Shown here one piece after another: positions 49,907 through 61,840 of a DNA stretch of 64,000 bases (positions are counted from its first letter, which is position 1; each line of letters opens with the position of its first letter). This stretch comes from Felis catus (lineage: Eukaryota): assembly GCF_018350175.1 (NCBI RefSeq), contig NC_058369.1:14820001-14884000 (forward strand), in the 5' to 3' direction. The notes under the pieces were generated by a model. It ran no database searches. It had not been told where the DNA came from and was given only the letters and a program-made list of their open reading frames with translations. The translations under genes were made by a program, and so were the position numbers.

Positions 49907-52621
49907 AGGTAAGTTTTCCTTCTGCTGGAAGTGCCACCCAGGAGATGACCCAGAGAGATCTGAGTAGTAATTCTCCATGCATCACTTGGTGCCTGTGTGT
50001 GACATTCACTTGTGTCCCACACTGGGAATGGAGAAAAGGGACCTCCTTAGAGGTGCTCTCAAGCTGCCCTAAGAGGGAGGACACTGCCCAGAGATCTTGA
50101 CCGGGATCTTCTGCCGAAGACAGGAGACTCCAGCCACCAAGGTCGAGCAAAGAGCTTTTTATTCCAGAGCACGAGGTGGAAGCTTGCGCCCAGCCTCCCT
50201 CCCCGTGGTCCTCGTCATGTGTGGACAAGTTACGATCCCGTTAGTTTGAGGCAAGCACAGCGTTATGCTGTCGACAGCCGCCAAGGAGGGCAGGCCGCCT
50301 GTCAGTGGTGTGGGGGGAGCTCAGGGTCGGACGCGTCTGTGCCCCCAGAACGGGCTCTGCCGTGGCCGAGGGCCAGCACGAGAGGAGCTCACGCGTTGGG
50401 GAGGCCAGTCTGACCGCAGGTGACATGTCTCCCACAGCCAGAGACAGAACTGGCTTTGGGGTTGCCGGGTGCCTCTGCTTTCAGGCCAATGGCCCCGAGC
50501 AGGCGCTTCAACACCCCTCTGAGCACGGGCCTGCCAGCAGCGACCGGGGAACCCTCTTCCCTTATTCTAACTGCCTTCCAGGGGTGATGCCGCAGTGTGG
50601 AGTCTTTGGTATGCAGTCTGCCTGCCTTCCGGGCTAGGACAGCAAACGGCAGGCCTCTTGCGACCTTAGAACGGCTCTCCCAAAGTGGCAAGTGGCCGTG
50701 GCCTGCCCAGAGTGCGAGGTAACGGCCTTCGGAGCTGACCAGGGCTCCTGACGTCGTCATTAATAAATATTAAAGCTGATGTGGACCAAGAGGATAGGGC
50801 TACAGCCTGGGTGTGGGAGGTCCGGGCCTTTCCGGTTGCTCTGTCACTGCGAGAGCCCTGCCATCACCCCCCTCACGGGACGTCTTCCAAGGGCTCTGAG
50901 CTGAGATTAAGACAGGTGGCTATGTGAACACCAGCCCCTCTGAGCAGTTAGCCTTGGGGCCTGGTAGGTCATTAACTGCAGACAGGGGGTCTCTCTGTGA
51001 CAAGAGTCACTGCCCTTCACAGTTGCTACCTGAGAACTAGGCCGCTGCCTGGCCCTCCTCTTTCCTACGGTTCCCACAAGCTTCCTTCCTAAGCGACCTG
51101 GGCTGTGCCTCCAAACTCTGACCTTCTTCCCCACTTAACTGGGGCTATAGGCCCTCTGGGGGCGGTGGGGGGGCTCCTGCTCTTCTGCCTGGAGCCCGGG
51201 ACAGAGACCTGGCACGGGCAGGCTGTGCCTCGGTGCCTGAGCCCTCCTCCCATGCTGGTGCCCGCTGACCCTGGGACGACGGGCCAGAGAGAACCAAGGT
51301 TTACTTAGGGGAAGTGGGGTGGTGAATCCAGTCTTAACACCAGACTGAGACCCGAACCCTTCGGTAGGACTTTGTGTGGAAGACGCCTCTTCGCCACCTG
51401 TTGGAATGGGGTCTCAGAGCCTCAGGACCCCTGCCATGGCCTTCAGTGATGGCCACGAACACTTCAGGCTTCACACGGAGTGGCCGGGGTCCAGGCTCAT
51501 CCTGGCAAAGTGCGGTGTGTGTGTGTGCGCGCGTGTGTGTGTGTGTGCTCGTGAGTCTGTGCGTCTGTCTGGTCTTCCCGGTTCATCCATCTGCAGGCCC
51601 TGGCCACCACCCACCCTTCAGAGAGACAAGTTGGACCCTATCTTAGGAGACGTGGCCTAAAACACAGGGGCCAGATTTCTGGTCAGTTCTGCACAACTGG
51701 GTTGTTAGACTCCCTCCAGAGGGAAAGTTAATTAAGCTCTCAGGGGGGCGGTCAGAGAGTCCCCAGCAGCTCTGAATAGGTCCTCTCCCCCGTCCCTGTC
51801 TGTGAATGGACAGACCTGTAGCCACAAGGCAGGGTGGCTCCAAGCCGCCCGGCTCAGTGACGATTCTAGTGTCTTTGGGATGGAAAGGGAGCTGAGTTTT
51901 GGTGCCACTGTCCCGACACAGTTACGGTCAGAACCCACGTTTCCAACCCCGGGCACGTGTCGCACGTACGTGTGTGTGCGCAGCCCAGTAGGGGGCATGG
52001 GGCCCTCCTCAGACCCAGCCTGGCCTGTGCCAGCTGCTGTGGCAGCCCTGCCCTTCTTCTGTGTGGACAGGCTCAGGGAAGCCTTTCTGGGAGCAGCTGG
52101 GCCTCTGCAAACTTTCGAGGCTGGTCTCTCCTGGTGTCAGTGTCTACCCCAGGCCCCGAGGCCAGCCCTGCCCTGTCCCGTCATAACATCATGGCCTTTG
52201 TTCTCAAAAGTCAGGAGCCGGGGCGCCAACCTTCCCAAGAGGAGACAGACATCCCAGGAAAATCCAAAGGCAAGTTCCTCCCTGCCCCTGGGCTGCCCAG
52301 TTTAGAGCGTCCTTTGCTGGCCGGGCCGTGCCGGTCACAAAGGACCCTCTGGAAGAACAGACAATCCCGCTCTGGGCAGACTCTTCTTAGATGGACCCTC
52401 AGAGTCTCTCGTCCCCCTGTCACCCCCAGCCACCACCACCCCCCCCCCCGGCCTGGGGAGATAGGAGGGGGCACAGGGGCTGGCGATGACAGCGAGGGGT
52501 CCGCAGGGAGCGGTGGGGTGCAGGGGTGCAGGGTGGCGCATCACGACACGCCGTGGCCGTGACACCCGCAGCCGGGGGCGCCAGCGGCTTCTCAGTGTCC
52601 GGCCCTCCCTCCACGGCAGCT

Positions 52622-52879
52622 TCACTCATCTATCACCTCCACAGAGTCCTCATCCTTCCTCTCCTCCGACTGCTCCTCTGTCGTCTCCGTGTTGCCCATG
52701 TCGGACAGCGAGGCCACCTGCCGCACCCAGTCCCTGTCACTGAGAGGCTCTGGGTCGCACGGTCGGGAGAAGGGGTTGAACCAGTTCGGGGAGAAGTCCC
52801 CACCAAAGGTCTCCTTTACCGACTTCCAGCTGGCCCTGCGCTCCCTGGGCTGGTGCTTTCGTTTGAGGCGCTCGATGCC
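52622..52879 (-). CDS. ZDHHC3: ZDHHC3 alternative (distal) terminal coding exon
   Basis: Minus-strand acceptor ttgtccctccag| then GIERLKRKHQPRERRASWKSVKETFGGDFSPNWFNPFSRPC...DEDSVEVIDE-TGA (85 aa, no disruption); aligns with the canonical ZDHHC3 tail GIEQLK..W.NMKAVFG..FS..W..PF; strand and position fit ZDHHC3. Confidence 0.85.
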   Translation of the reverse strand, partial: GIERLKRKHQPRERRASWKSVKETFGGDFSPNWFNPFSRPCDPEPLSDRDWVRQVASLSDMGNTETTEEQSEERKDEDSVEVIDE

Positions 52880-53989
52880 CTGGAGGGACAACGGGACAAA
52901 GAGGGTCAGCGTGGTGCGGGCCTTGCGCCCTCAAGCTCACCCCCAGCCCCGGCACGGCAGAGCACGGAGGCCCAGGGCGTGGGCGAGGGGGCCGGCGGGA
53001 CACGGACTGCCGGGGCCAGGTCAGGGCTGTGGGGCCCTAGGGGCCGATGGGGTGCGGGCGGAGAGCAGTGGAGAGCGGCACAGCAAGCAGGGCCTTCCTG
53101 GGGAGCTGGCCCGTGTCCCCCACCCCCCCACCCCAGGCCTCTGTCCTTTCCTCCCACAGGTGCTGGGGGGCCGCCCAGCCTCCTTAAGTCAGTCCAGGCC
53201 GCCCAGGGGTCCAGGGCCAAGGAGTGACGTCGCATCTGCCCTGAGAGCCCTAGAGAGACGACCCCTCCCTGGGGATTCTGGGCCGCGCCCCACCCCCCCC
53301 CAGCAGGTGCAGCCGACTTAGCACGAAGAAGGGATGCAGGCGGAAAGGGCAGGGCACAGGTACACACAACGCTGGGGCTGAGGAAGCGGGGGTGTGCATA
53401 GCTAATGCCAACATGCGGCGGGCAGCCGGGGGCGCGCGGGGCCGCCGTGGGGAGGCCCGGGCCGGCGTCGGGCCCCACTCATGCGCAGACACGCCCTGCC
53501 GCTGCTCCCAAGCTGCCCACTCACCTGCCTCTGGGCGTCGGCGGCGACTCAGCTGCCAGGCCACAGAAAGAGGGTGTCGGGTAAGGGGGAAAGCCCACAG
53601 GAGTTAAAGGCACAGCCAGGCCAGCTCTTCAGGCCACAGCACCCTCCACAAAGGCCTTTAGCCCCACCGTTAGCACGGGGGCCTCTGCCTTCTCCGTCCC
53701 TTCCGGAAACCCAGGGAATGTGCTGCGGGTTTGCCGGGCACGGGCCCTGCTCATTCACACGACTCATTCCACCTCGGAATGATCCCTGAGTACCTCGTTC
53801 TAGGTTTCCTCCTCCTCTCCACACAAGAGCCTCACATAACCGGAATGATCCCTTCTGTTATGTGGAAAGAGAAACTGAGGCACGCATAGACTGAGCTCTG
53901 CCCCATCCTGCGGGCCAGTTCTCCTCCAGCACTCTCTCTTCCCACCCCATCTCACAGATTTCAGTGTCTTGGCTTTTGGAAAAAACTGT

Positions 53990-55320
53990 AGTTTAAAGAA
54001 TCTGCTCGTAAGCTGCTAATTACAAAGGGCGGACCAGTAACTTTACAGTGAGGGAATGTTTTGCGGGTATCACCTTACCCAAATCGAAGTTAACATCACT
54101 GAGATGTGTCAACATCATACGCCTCAGGACGAGACACACCCGGGACCTCGCCCCGGTCGCCCTGCCCAAAATGCACAAGCTTGACCTAATTGCAAGAAAA
54201 CATCAGACAAATGCAAACTGAAGGCTATTCTACCAAATACGTGACCTCCAACCTTCAAAAGGGTCGAAGTCTGATGGAAATGCTTTGGAACCAGAAAGAG
54301 TGGTGACTGTGTACAGAAGTAGGTCTGTGCCAAATGCCACTGAATTGCACACACGAAATTGGTTGATTTTATGTTATGTGAATTTCACCTCAATTGACAA
54401 AAAGGGGTCACAGGGCGCCTGGGTGGCTCAGTCGGCCAAGGGTCCGACTCTTTTTTTTTTTTTTTAACATTTTTAAAATTTATTTTTGAGACAGAGAGAG
54501 ACAGAGCATGAACGGGGCAGGGGAAGAGAGAGAGGGAGACACAGAATTGGAAGCAGGCTCCAGGCTCTGAGCCATCAGCCCAGAGCCCGACGCGGGGCTC
54601 GAACTCACGGACTGCGAGATCGTGACCTGGCTGAAGTCGGACGCTTAACCGACTGAGCCACCCAGGCCCCCCAAGGGTCTGACTCTTGATTTTGGCTTAC
54701 GGTTCATGAGATGGAGCTTTGTGCTGACCGCGGGAGGCTGCTTGGGATTCTTTCCTCTTTCTCTCTCTGTGCCACCCCTCCAAATAAATAAACATTTTTT
54801 AAAAAGGGTTCGGGACGCCTGGGTGGTTCAGTTGTCTGACTTTGGCTCAGGTCATGTCATGATCTCATGGTTCGTGAGTCTGAGCCCTGCATTGAGCTCT
54901 CTGCTGTCAGCACGGAGCCCGCTTTGGAGACTCTGTCCCCCTCTCATGCATGCACGCTCGCTCTCAAAAATAAACATTAAAAATATTTTTTAATAAAAAA
55001 AAATTAAAAAGGGGGGTCAAGTTCACGAAAGACAAAGCCTGAGGAATGTCACGGATTGGACTAGAGCATGACAAGGGATGAACTGTGGCCTCCTGGGACA
55101 GACAAGGGTCTCAGTGGGGCACCTGGAGAAATCTGAATAAAGCATATAGATCAGTTAATGATATCAATGCGTTTCCAGGTTCCTGCATTTGTATCATGGT
55201 TATATGAAATGTTTACATTTGGAAAAACTGACGGAAGGGGTTCTGGGGAGCTCTTTGAGCTATGTTTTCCCCTTTTTTTTGTAAGTCTGAAATTCTTTCA
55301 CAATAAAAAGTTTAAAAAAA
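53990..55320 (+). mobile_element. Old LINE-1 3' end (L1MC-like) containing a nested Can-SINE cluster at 54412-55010
   Basis: aaacatcagacaaa..ctaccaaata..gaaatctgaataaag..ctgaaatt..caataaaaagtttaaaa; antisense SINE inside a sense SINE with TSD CCAAGGGTC(C/T)GACTCTT. Confidence 0.75.
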
Positions 55321-57729
55321 CCTGAGACGCACAGACGTGAGCAACAGTCTCGAGTACTGAGTAACAGCGTGAAAAGCTGCAAACAGCCAACACGTCCAAT
55401 AGCGATGGCTAAGTCAGCCATGGAAAATGGGGCTAATACAGCTTCATGTCGCACTGGAAAATCCTGTCCACGTGGTTAACAAGGGAACAAAGAAGTTAGT
55501 TGCACAGGACATCATGGGGCCTTTGGGGACGGGATGTGAGATGGTTTGTATTTCTTTCTGTGGACTCTCCACACGTTCCAAGGTTTCACCGACGAGCAGG
55601 TGTTGCTTTTACAATCAGAGCAGAACAGCTATTTCAGGACACGGACCCTGCTGACAACCTTTGAGGGGGCCTCCCTTCGGTCACGAGCACCTGATGTGGT
55701 GCAGCTCACGGACTGGCCCCTCTCCACGCCTCCTTATTCAGCACAAGCAGCAATGGCCAACCGAGGGTGACCTGCTTTGGGTCACCAAATGACTGCACCA
55801 CTTTGCCATCCTTTGCAGCCGGTCAAGAGAGGCATTTTAAGTATGACGTCAGGGAAGCTGAGGCATCATCATGAGGCAGGCCAGGCTACAGAGGGGACAC
55901 CCGGAAATGACAGATGCACCGTATGTATCCACACTGACTGGGCTCACTCCAAGCCGCGACTGTGGATCCTTACAACCGCCCTGAGGGGACGTGGGCGTTG
56001 GTATTGACACTTGGCAGATGGAAAACCAGGGGTTTCTGAGAGGCCCTTACAGCGGCCGAAGCTTGTCCTGGTCGTCAGAGCCGTGGCGAGAACCAGCGTC
56101 TTCCTTCTGCCCAACGCGTTTTCAATCCTACTACAAATTCTCACTCTCCCCGTGCTGACCGCAAAGGCAGAGCAAAGCCACAGAGGAAAATGAAGCAAGA
56201 GAGCCCAGCGGGATTACTATGTTCCGTTCCAGCCGTGTGTTCCCAGGCGAACAATCTCTTCCCCAAGCTCGTAAAACAAATTCCACCCAGCGCCCGGCCT
56301 GTCCACCAGATAAAGTTCCCGACATCCAGGTGTGTCAGTCCTGAGTCTGGACAGAAGCAAATATTCCAAACAAATCTGATGCCTACAATGAGGCCCGAGG
56401 GTCTGGCTCAGGAGGGGCCAATGGGGTTTCTTTTTCCCGGTAGGACTCGATTTTGAGTTTTGTGTGGGTTTCGGGGCGTCCCGAAGGCAGAGTTCTTAAG
56501 CTGGAGGTCCGCAGAGGCGACAGTAATACCCACTTCAGGCTCAAGCAGACAAGAATGGTCGATTCCTGGTTCTGGGGCAACGGCTAAAGCCAGCATGTCT
56601 AGGAGGGAGTGTGTGACTGGGGGCTTTTGGGCCCCCTCGGCCAGGAAGACACGTGAACTGTCATCTGCAAGCAAACCCACCGAGGTCCCACATTGAATGT
56701 ACCAGGACTAAGGCTCCCAAGGAAGGCAGAGACTCAACTGAGGAAGTAAAGACTCAACTGAGGCCCACAGAGCAAAAGCTCATTGTCCCCCTGCTCCCCA
56801 CATCATCGGATGGAGAAAGTCGGAGCCGCTGCTGCCCGTGCCTCGCGCCCTCCTCGTCAGACGGTCCGATCACTCTCGCCGCATCTGTGGTTCACATCTT
56901 TCGACGGCGACCCACAACACGTGATGCTTTTCTGTGCGGCCCGGCGCCGCCCCCCGCAAAGCTTCACGAAACCACACGTATTCTACAACTGTAATGCATT
57001 TTTATGTTTATTTTTTTAAAAACTGCCGTGGCGAACCCCAGTGAACCCATCTCACAGATCACCAACAGTTGTGAGCGCGCTTTGAAACAGCAGAGGTCTA
57101 ACGGAGCCAACATCTACGAAAGCCATCGTCACGCTGACATTCACGACCCTCATGTAATCCTCACCGCAACCTTGCGATTTGGACAAGCTCCCCGGTTTCA
57201 CAGAAGAGATGGAGGCGTAAGTGCCCAAAGTCACACAGGAAGGACGTGGTGACCGGACTACACTACAGCAGCAGAAATGTGGGGCATCCTCACATCCCTG
57301 GGAGACCATGTGCCTTCCCCCAGCGGCCACTCGGATTTGCTAGAGTACTCACGATGGTCAGGTCACCAATGACTTTCTTGGTCACCAATGAGGTCTGGGG
57401 CTGGGGAGAGTACAGTGGCCAGCGGCCTGTTTCCGTGTCACCGTGAAGTCCTTCTATCCTGTGGACCCCTTGGAGCAGAACCCAGTCGGACAGATGACAT
57501 GTGCGGAAAGGCCGCTGGACAGACTACTAGCCTGGCTCCCCTTCCAAGAGAGACTTTTCCCGTCTGCTCAGCATTCATTGGTTGGGGAGGCTGTGGGTCG
57601 TGAGGGGAGAGGGGCTTCCGGTCAGCACGCCCCACCCAGCATCACATGGGACCGTATCGTCGGCAGGCACCAGGGGCCGACCAACTCAGGGGTGACCCCC
57701 GCGCGCCCCAAGTGGACTCTCAGTCTTGA

Positions 57730-57895
57730 GCGTGTGTCCCAGTCACGTGGAGGGCTTGTGAAATCCAGATCGCTGGGCCCGGCCCCGAGAGTTTCCGACT
57801 GGGTAGGGTCTGGGCTGGGGCCTCAGCATGGGCATTTCTAACAAGTTCTTAGGTGATGCGGATGCTGCTGGTCTGGGGACCAGACCAGCACTGCC
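57730..57895. mobile_element. MER5A-like hAT remnant
   Basis: ggagggcttgtgaaa..ccccgagagtttccgact..gcatttctaacaagttc..ggtgatgc..gatgctgctggtctggggacc. Confidence 0.75.
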
Positions 57896-59359
57896 TCGGG
57901 GCACCGCCAGCAGGAAGATTCTTGAGAAGGATTCTGGCAAAATCTTCCTCTCTTCACATTTCTTTGGTATTTAAGGGCGCCCTCTATGTTGAGACCCCCC
58001 GGCTCCACTGGCTGGCTCACCCGTCTGGCCGATGCACCACAAGCCGTGAGATGAGAGAAGCTAAAAGCCCGTCAGCCTGGCTGGGAGAGCCCAAGGTGGG
58101 CTCCTGAAGTCCGAAGTTTCTGAGGGATGCTCACGTCACACGGGTGGTTAATAAACATTTCTTAACTTCCCTCATCGGAAAGATCCCTGCAACAGGAAGG
58201 GGGGTCGTAACTTTCTCAGCGGCCGAGCCAGAATGAGCAAGAACTGGTGATTCCGGGTGCCTGACTTTTGGTTCTTCCAAGATAAAGTGTTCCAGAGACG
58301 AGACGGTGTGACTAGCAGGGGATGTGACACACGCACGGCTGCCCAAGCTCACTTCGTGGGCACAAGCTCACCCAGCCCGGGCACGTAGGCAGAGATCTGC
58401 CCGGACGCAGGCCTCTTGCACGGTCAGTCCGGTTGCTGTGGGCACAAACCTGAGGTCACAGGGGGGAGGGAGTCACCCAATCCAGCCGGCCGCCTCACCT
58501 TCCTTGGTTTTTCCCGGCCACTCTCCAGGGCCCCCACTCCGAAAGACCACGGCTGCTACAGACCCATTTCGCAAGTGCGTGCCGTCCAGCGCCGTCAGGG
58601 CCAAAAGCTGGGCCGCCTTTGTGGGGAGACACGTCCTGTGTCCTCAGCCGTCTGGGAATGCCGAGAGCTCGGCGGGGATCGCTTCTTCCTGTGCGGACGC
58701 CAGGCTGCGGACCAGTCACTCTACTCCCAACAACAGCCACGTTCGTTCCCTAGTTAATAACTCCCGGGAAACTGTCTTCCATCTCCATGAACGTGAACTA
58801 GGAAATCCACCGGGAGTCTTGGGATATTCCTATCTGCTGAGAGCAGCATATCCCTCTGGCTGAAGAGCCTGGGAACATTCCTTCTTTCAGCCCAAGGGCT
58901 CGTCAAAGCCCAGAGGTAGAATCATACGGGAAAAGGCTGTCAAAAGCAGCCTTTTTCTCTGGGGAGGATATGCATACTAGGCTCAGGTTTAAAGGATGAA
59001 TTTCTATTTTTAGGACTCAAAAAAAAAAAATCAATACATTTTCAGCACTATCTGCTGCATTCCTTAGAAATTCCATGGGGAAAAGAACCAACCTGGGTCA
59101 CTTAAAAAAGAAAAAAAGCCTTGAAGATGGAGTGTTAGGAGGGCAACCAAATACTTAAAAAATATACCCCCAGCAGGGAGGACCAGAAAGGCAGCAATAC
59201 CTCCCACGGGATGGATCCCTGAGGGGAGGGAGCAGGTCAGAGACACTTCTTCACACACTTCAGGGAACTGTTAGGAAGGAAGGAAGGAAGGGAAAAAAGC
59301 CTGTAGGAAACAAATGCTATAAATGAGATTTAAACAGAGCATTAAAAAAAACCACTTCA

Positions 59360-59570
59360 GGGGCGCCTGGGTGGTTCAGTCGGTTAAGCATCCTACTTCG
59401 GCTCAGGTCACGATCTCCCAGCCCGTGGGTTCGAGCTCCACGTCAGGCTCTGTGCTGACAGCTCAGAGTCTGGAGCCTGCTCTGGATTCCGTGTCTGTCG
59501 CACTCTGCCCCTCCCCTACTCATGCTCCTCTCTCTCTCAAATAAATATTAAGAAAAAAAATTTTTTTTTA
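59360..59570 (+). mobile_element. Can-SINE
   Basis: SINE head and tail. Confidence 0.9.
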
Positions 59571-60090
59571 AAACTGCTGAAAATAAAAACCCAACCCGCT
59601 TCAGATCTCAGCCCTGACTTCTAGCAAATATCAAGTGCATAGGAGAGTCAAGGCAGAGTTGACTGGCTTGGGGAAGGGTCGCGGCTCACGTGGGACGGGG
59701 GATGAGGAACTCCTCGAAGCACTGGCACTGTCCGTGGAGGTTTTCAGCGACTTCCCCTGGCCCGACTCTGCTTTCTGCTGGGTGGGCAGCAGCCGACGCG
59801 CCTCTTCCCCACGCGTGGGACTAAGCAAAGTCTGCAGACTTGAAGACTTCTGTAGCCCAGGAACATGTGAGGGATTCAGGCTGCCGAAAGCCAGAGCTAA
59901 GGCCCAGGGGCAGGCTTGGTCAAGAGCGGGGTGCCTAGCGTCCTTTAAAAACAACACGGCCGAAACCTCGCTCAAGAGCAGCAGAGATAAAGATCCTTTA
60001 AGAGCAATGGAACGAAGGCCCCGCCAGGGCTCTCCCGGAAGGGAACAAGGTGAGAGAGCACGGCTCAAGGAGAACAGGTTTTGGAAAAAT

Positions 60091-61840
60091 TTTATTGCAT
60101 TTTTGTTTCCATGTGGAAGCACGGACAGAATCGAAGAGAGGCAGCACGCTCCACTTACTGTTCATGGAAAATCACATAGGCTAGAGGAATTTCCTCCCTA
60201 TCCTGATTGGGCTTAATAACCCTTACCCCCGCCCCTCCCCAAGCACAAGCTAAAAAAGGAGCTTCGTGGTGATCACGTAAAAAAAAAAAAAACAAAAAAA
60301 CAAAAAAAACCAAAAAACCCAATCCACGTGTACGGATTCACAGATGGGCAGCGCTCAGATGTCAGTGATTTCTGCATTTGCGGCGGGCACTCCCCGTTCC
60401 CGTCTCATCTCCCCGCTATCTTCAGGCCTTCCTCTTTTAAATGGGGTTTCACACAGGAAGTGCCTCCAGGTGGAAACGCACCTCAGTCCCCGGTGCCAGC
60501 CGATTGATGATTCCGGGGAGCAGGGGTGGCCGTCTGCCAGCTTTCAAAAGTCTGGGGGCTGTAATGTCGCCCCCGCATCGTGGGCAGCCCCAGGCCAGGA
60601 AGACAGCCTCCCAGGTTAAAATATAGAGAAGACGTGGGTACGTGTACATTTATGTGTCTAAAATATCAGAAGGGGAGCCCACTTTAGCGATTTACAAAAT
60701 GGGTTCGGGGGAGGGGGTTGGTTGACGGCGGGGCTGGGCGCTTGGGGACTGTGCTGTGTCACTCTGTCACTCAGCATTATTGCCGCTTAACTGACACCTT
60801 GCTAGGACAGGGGAGAGGGCGGGTGCTAAGAGTAATCAGACAAAGGAAACCTGAAATCGCGTGGTTTTTTTTTTTCTCCTTTTGACTGTGTAAGGCATTT
60901 TGAACTGGAAAAACTTCTGTCTTTCACATTCGTCCAAATAATCAGCGGGAATATAATTGGTGATTCAGAATACAAATGAGACCCCTTTGATCCCACCACC
61001 CTCCCCCCAAAAGTCACTCTAAGCACCCCAATCCCATGGCGTGCGAGGAGGCAAACCGTGTCCACGTGGGGGATGAGGCCGCCGTGTCCAGGGCCCGTCT
61101 TAGGGCTCCAGCCCTGATCCTGCCCCTCTTTTGGTGTCTTCGGTGAGGTTTTAAGTCCCATCGGGGTGCCTGCCACCGCCTCCTGGGCAGTGGGAGGTCA
61201 TGGCCTTCCTGCCTCTCCTACGCATCCCCAACTGGGCGTCCGGGCCGGTCCATCCGCGTACCGGTGTTAAGTCTCACTCAGTTAGTAGAGGTGGGCTTGG
61301 CCCGGAGACAGCACCCTCCACGTTAGTCATGCCAGACAGACAGCAGAGAGGAAACCAAAGGCCAGAGAAGTGATTTAAAAAAAGTGGGGGGGGGGGGAAG
61401 AGCAGCTTCGGTCACCAAAAAATAGAAAGGATGATCTTTTAAAAATAAAACATGGGGACATTTTTTTTTTTTCTCTGCAATGCTCAGCCATTTTACTTGA
61501 GATGTAAAAAAAAAAAAAAACGAAAAAAAAGTTTGAGAATAGTTGTTTTGCTTTTTCGATTTAAACATTCATGAGGACGGATGGGACGGTAGTGCTGTGA
61601 TGTGGTTTGTGTCTGAGGGGCAGTGCTGGTCAGGGTCCTTCAGACCACATACTGGTATGGGTCTGCCTTCCCTTGGTCTGGCGTGGCAAAGGGGCTGGCC
61701 CAGCCTAGAGAGAAGGGGTGGCCAAAAACGGCTTTCATGTTCATCCATTTTGTTTTTTTAGCCCATCTTCTCTCTTCCTTTTTCAATTGTTCTATTCCCT
61801 GAAAACAAGAACAATCATACTTTCAGTCAAGCACTTTATT
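60091..61840 (-). terminator. ZDHHC3: Candidate ZDHHC3 poly(A) signals in a long 3' UTR
   Basis: Minus-strand AATAAA at 61840-61835 (followed by TTGTTCTTGTTTTC) and 60096-60091; region poor in repeats with U-rich tracts on minus; canonical last coding exon not seen and presumably lies beyond 64000. Confidence 0.55.

Larger units (their letters stand above)
46008..52330 (+). pseudogene. TGM4: TGM4 (prostate transglutaminase) unitary pseudogene, degraded exon remnants
   Basis: Syntenic slot and strand. Colinear remnants: 46233-46326 (PDP..PSDH..SESGE), 47605-47717 (DVLARNWSGSY..YLWAGGA..VFSGTLST), 47811-47935 (LRAWG..PAR..YDPAHD..KNLRVDT), about 50216-50295 (HVWT..AVD), about 51597 (ERQV), 52013-52123 (QLL..EQLG..LQTFEAG). 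Weaker candidates at 46008, 51369, 51800 and 52211. Multiple frameshifts and deletions. Confidence 0.8.

Noticed and set aside
52526..53478. Overlapping 190-233 aa ORFs
   Set aside because: Antisense or alternative frames over the ZDHHC3 exon and GC-rich flank
59631..60216. Overlapping 163 and 193 aa ORFs
   Set aside because: No domain or splice support; lies around a probable ZDHHC3 3' end
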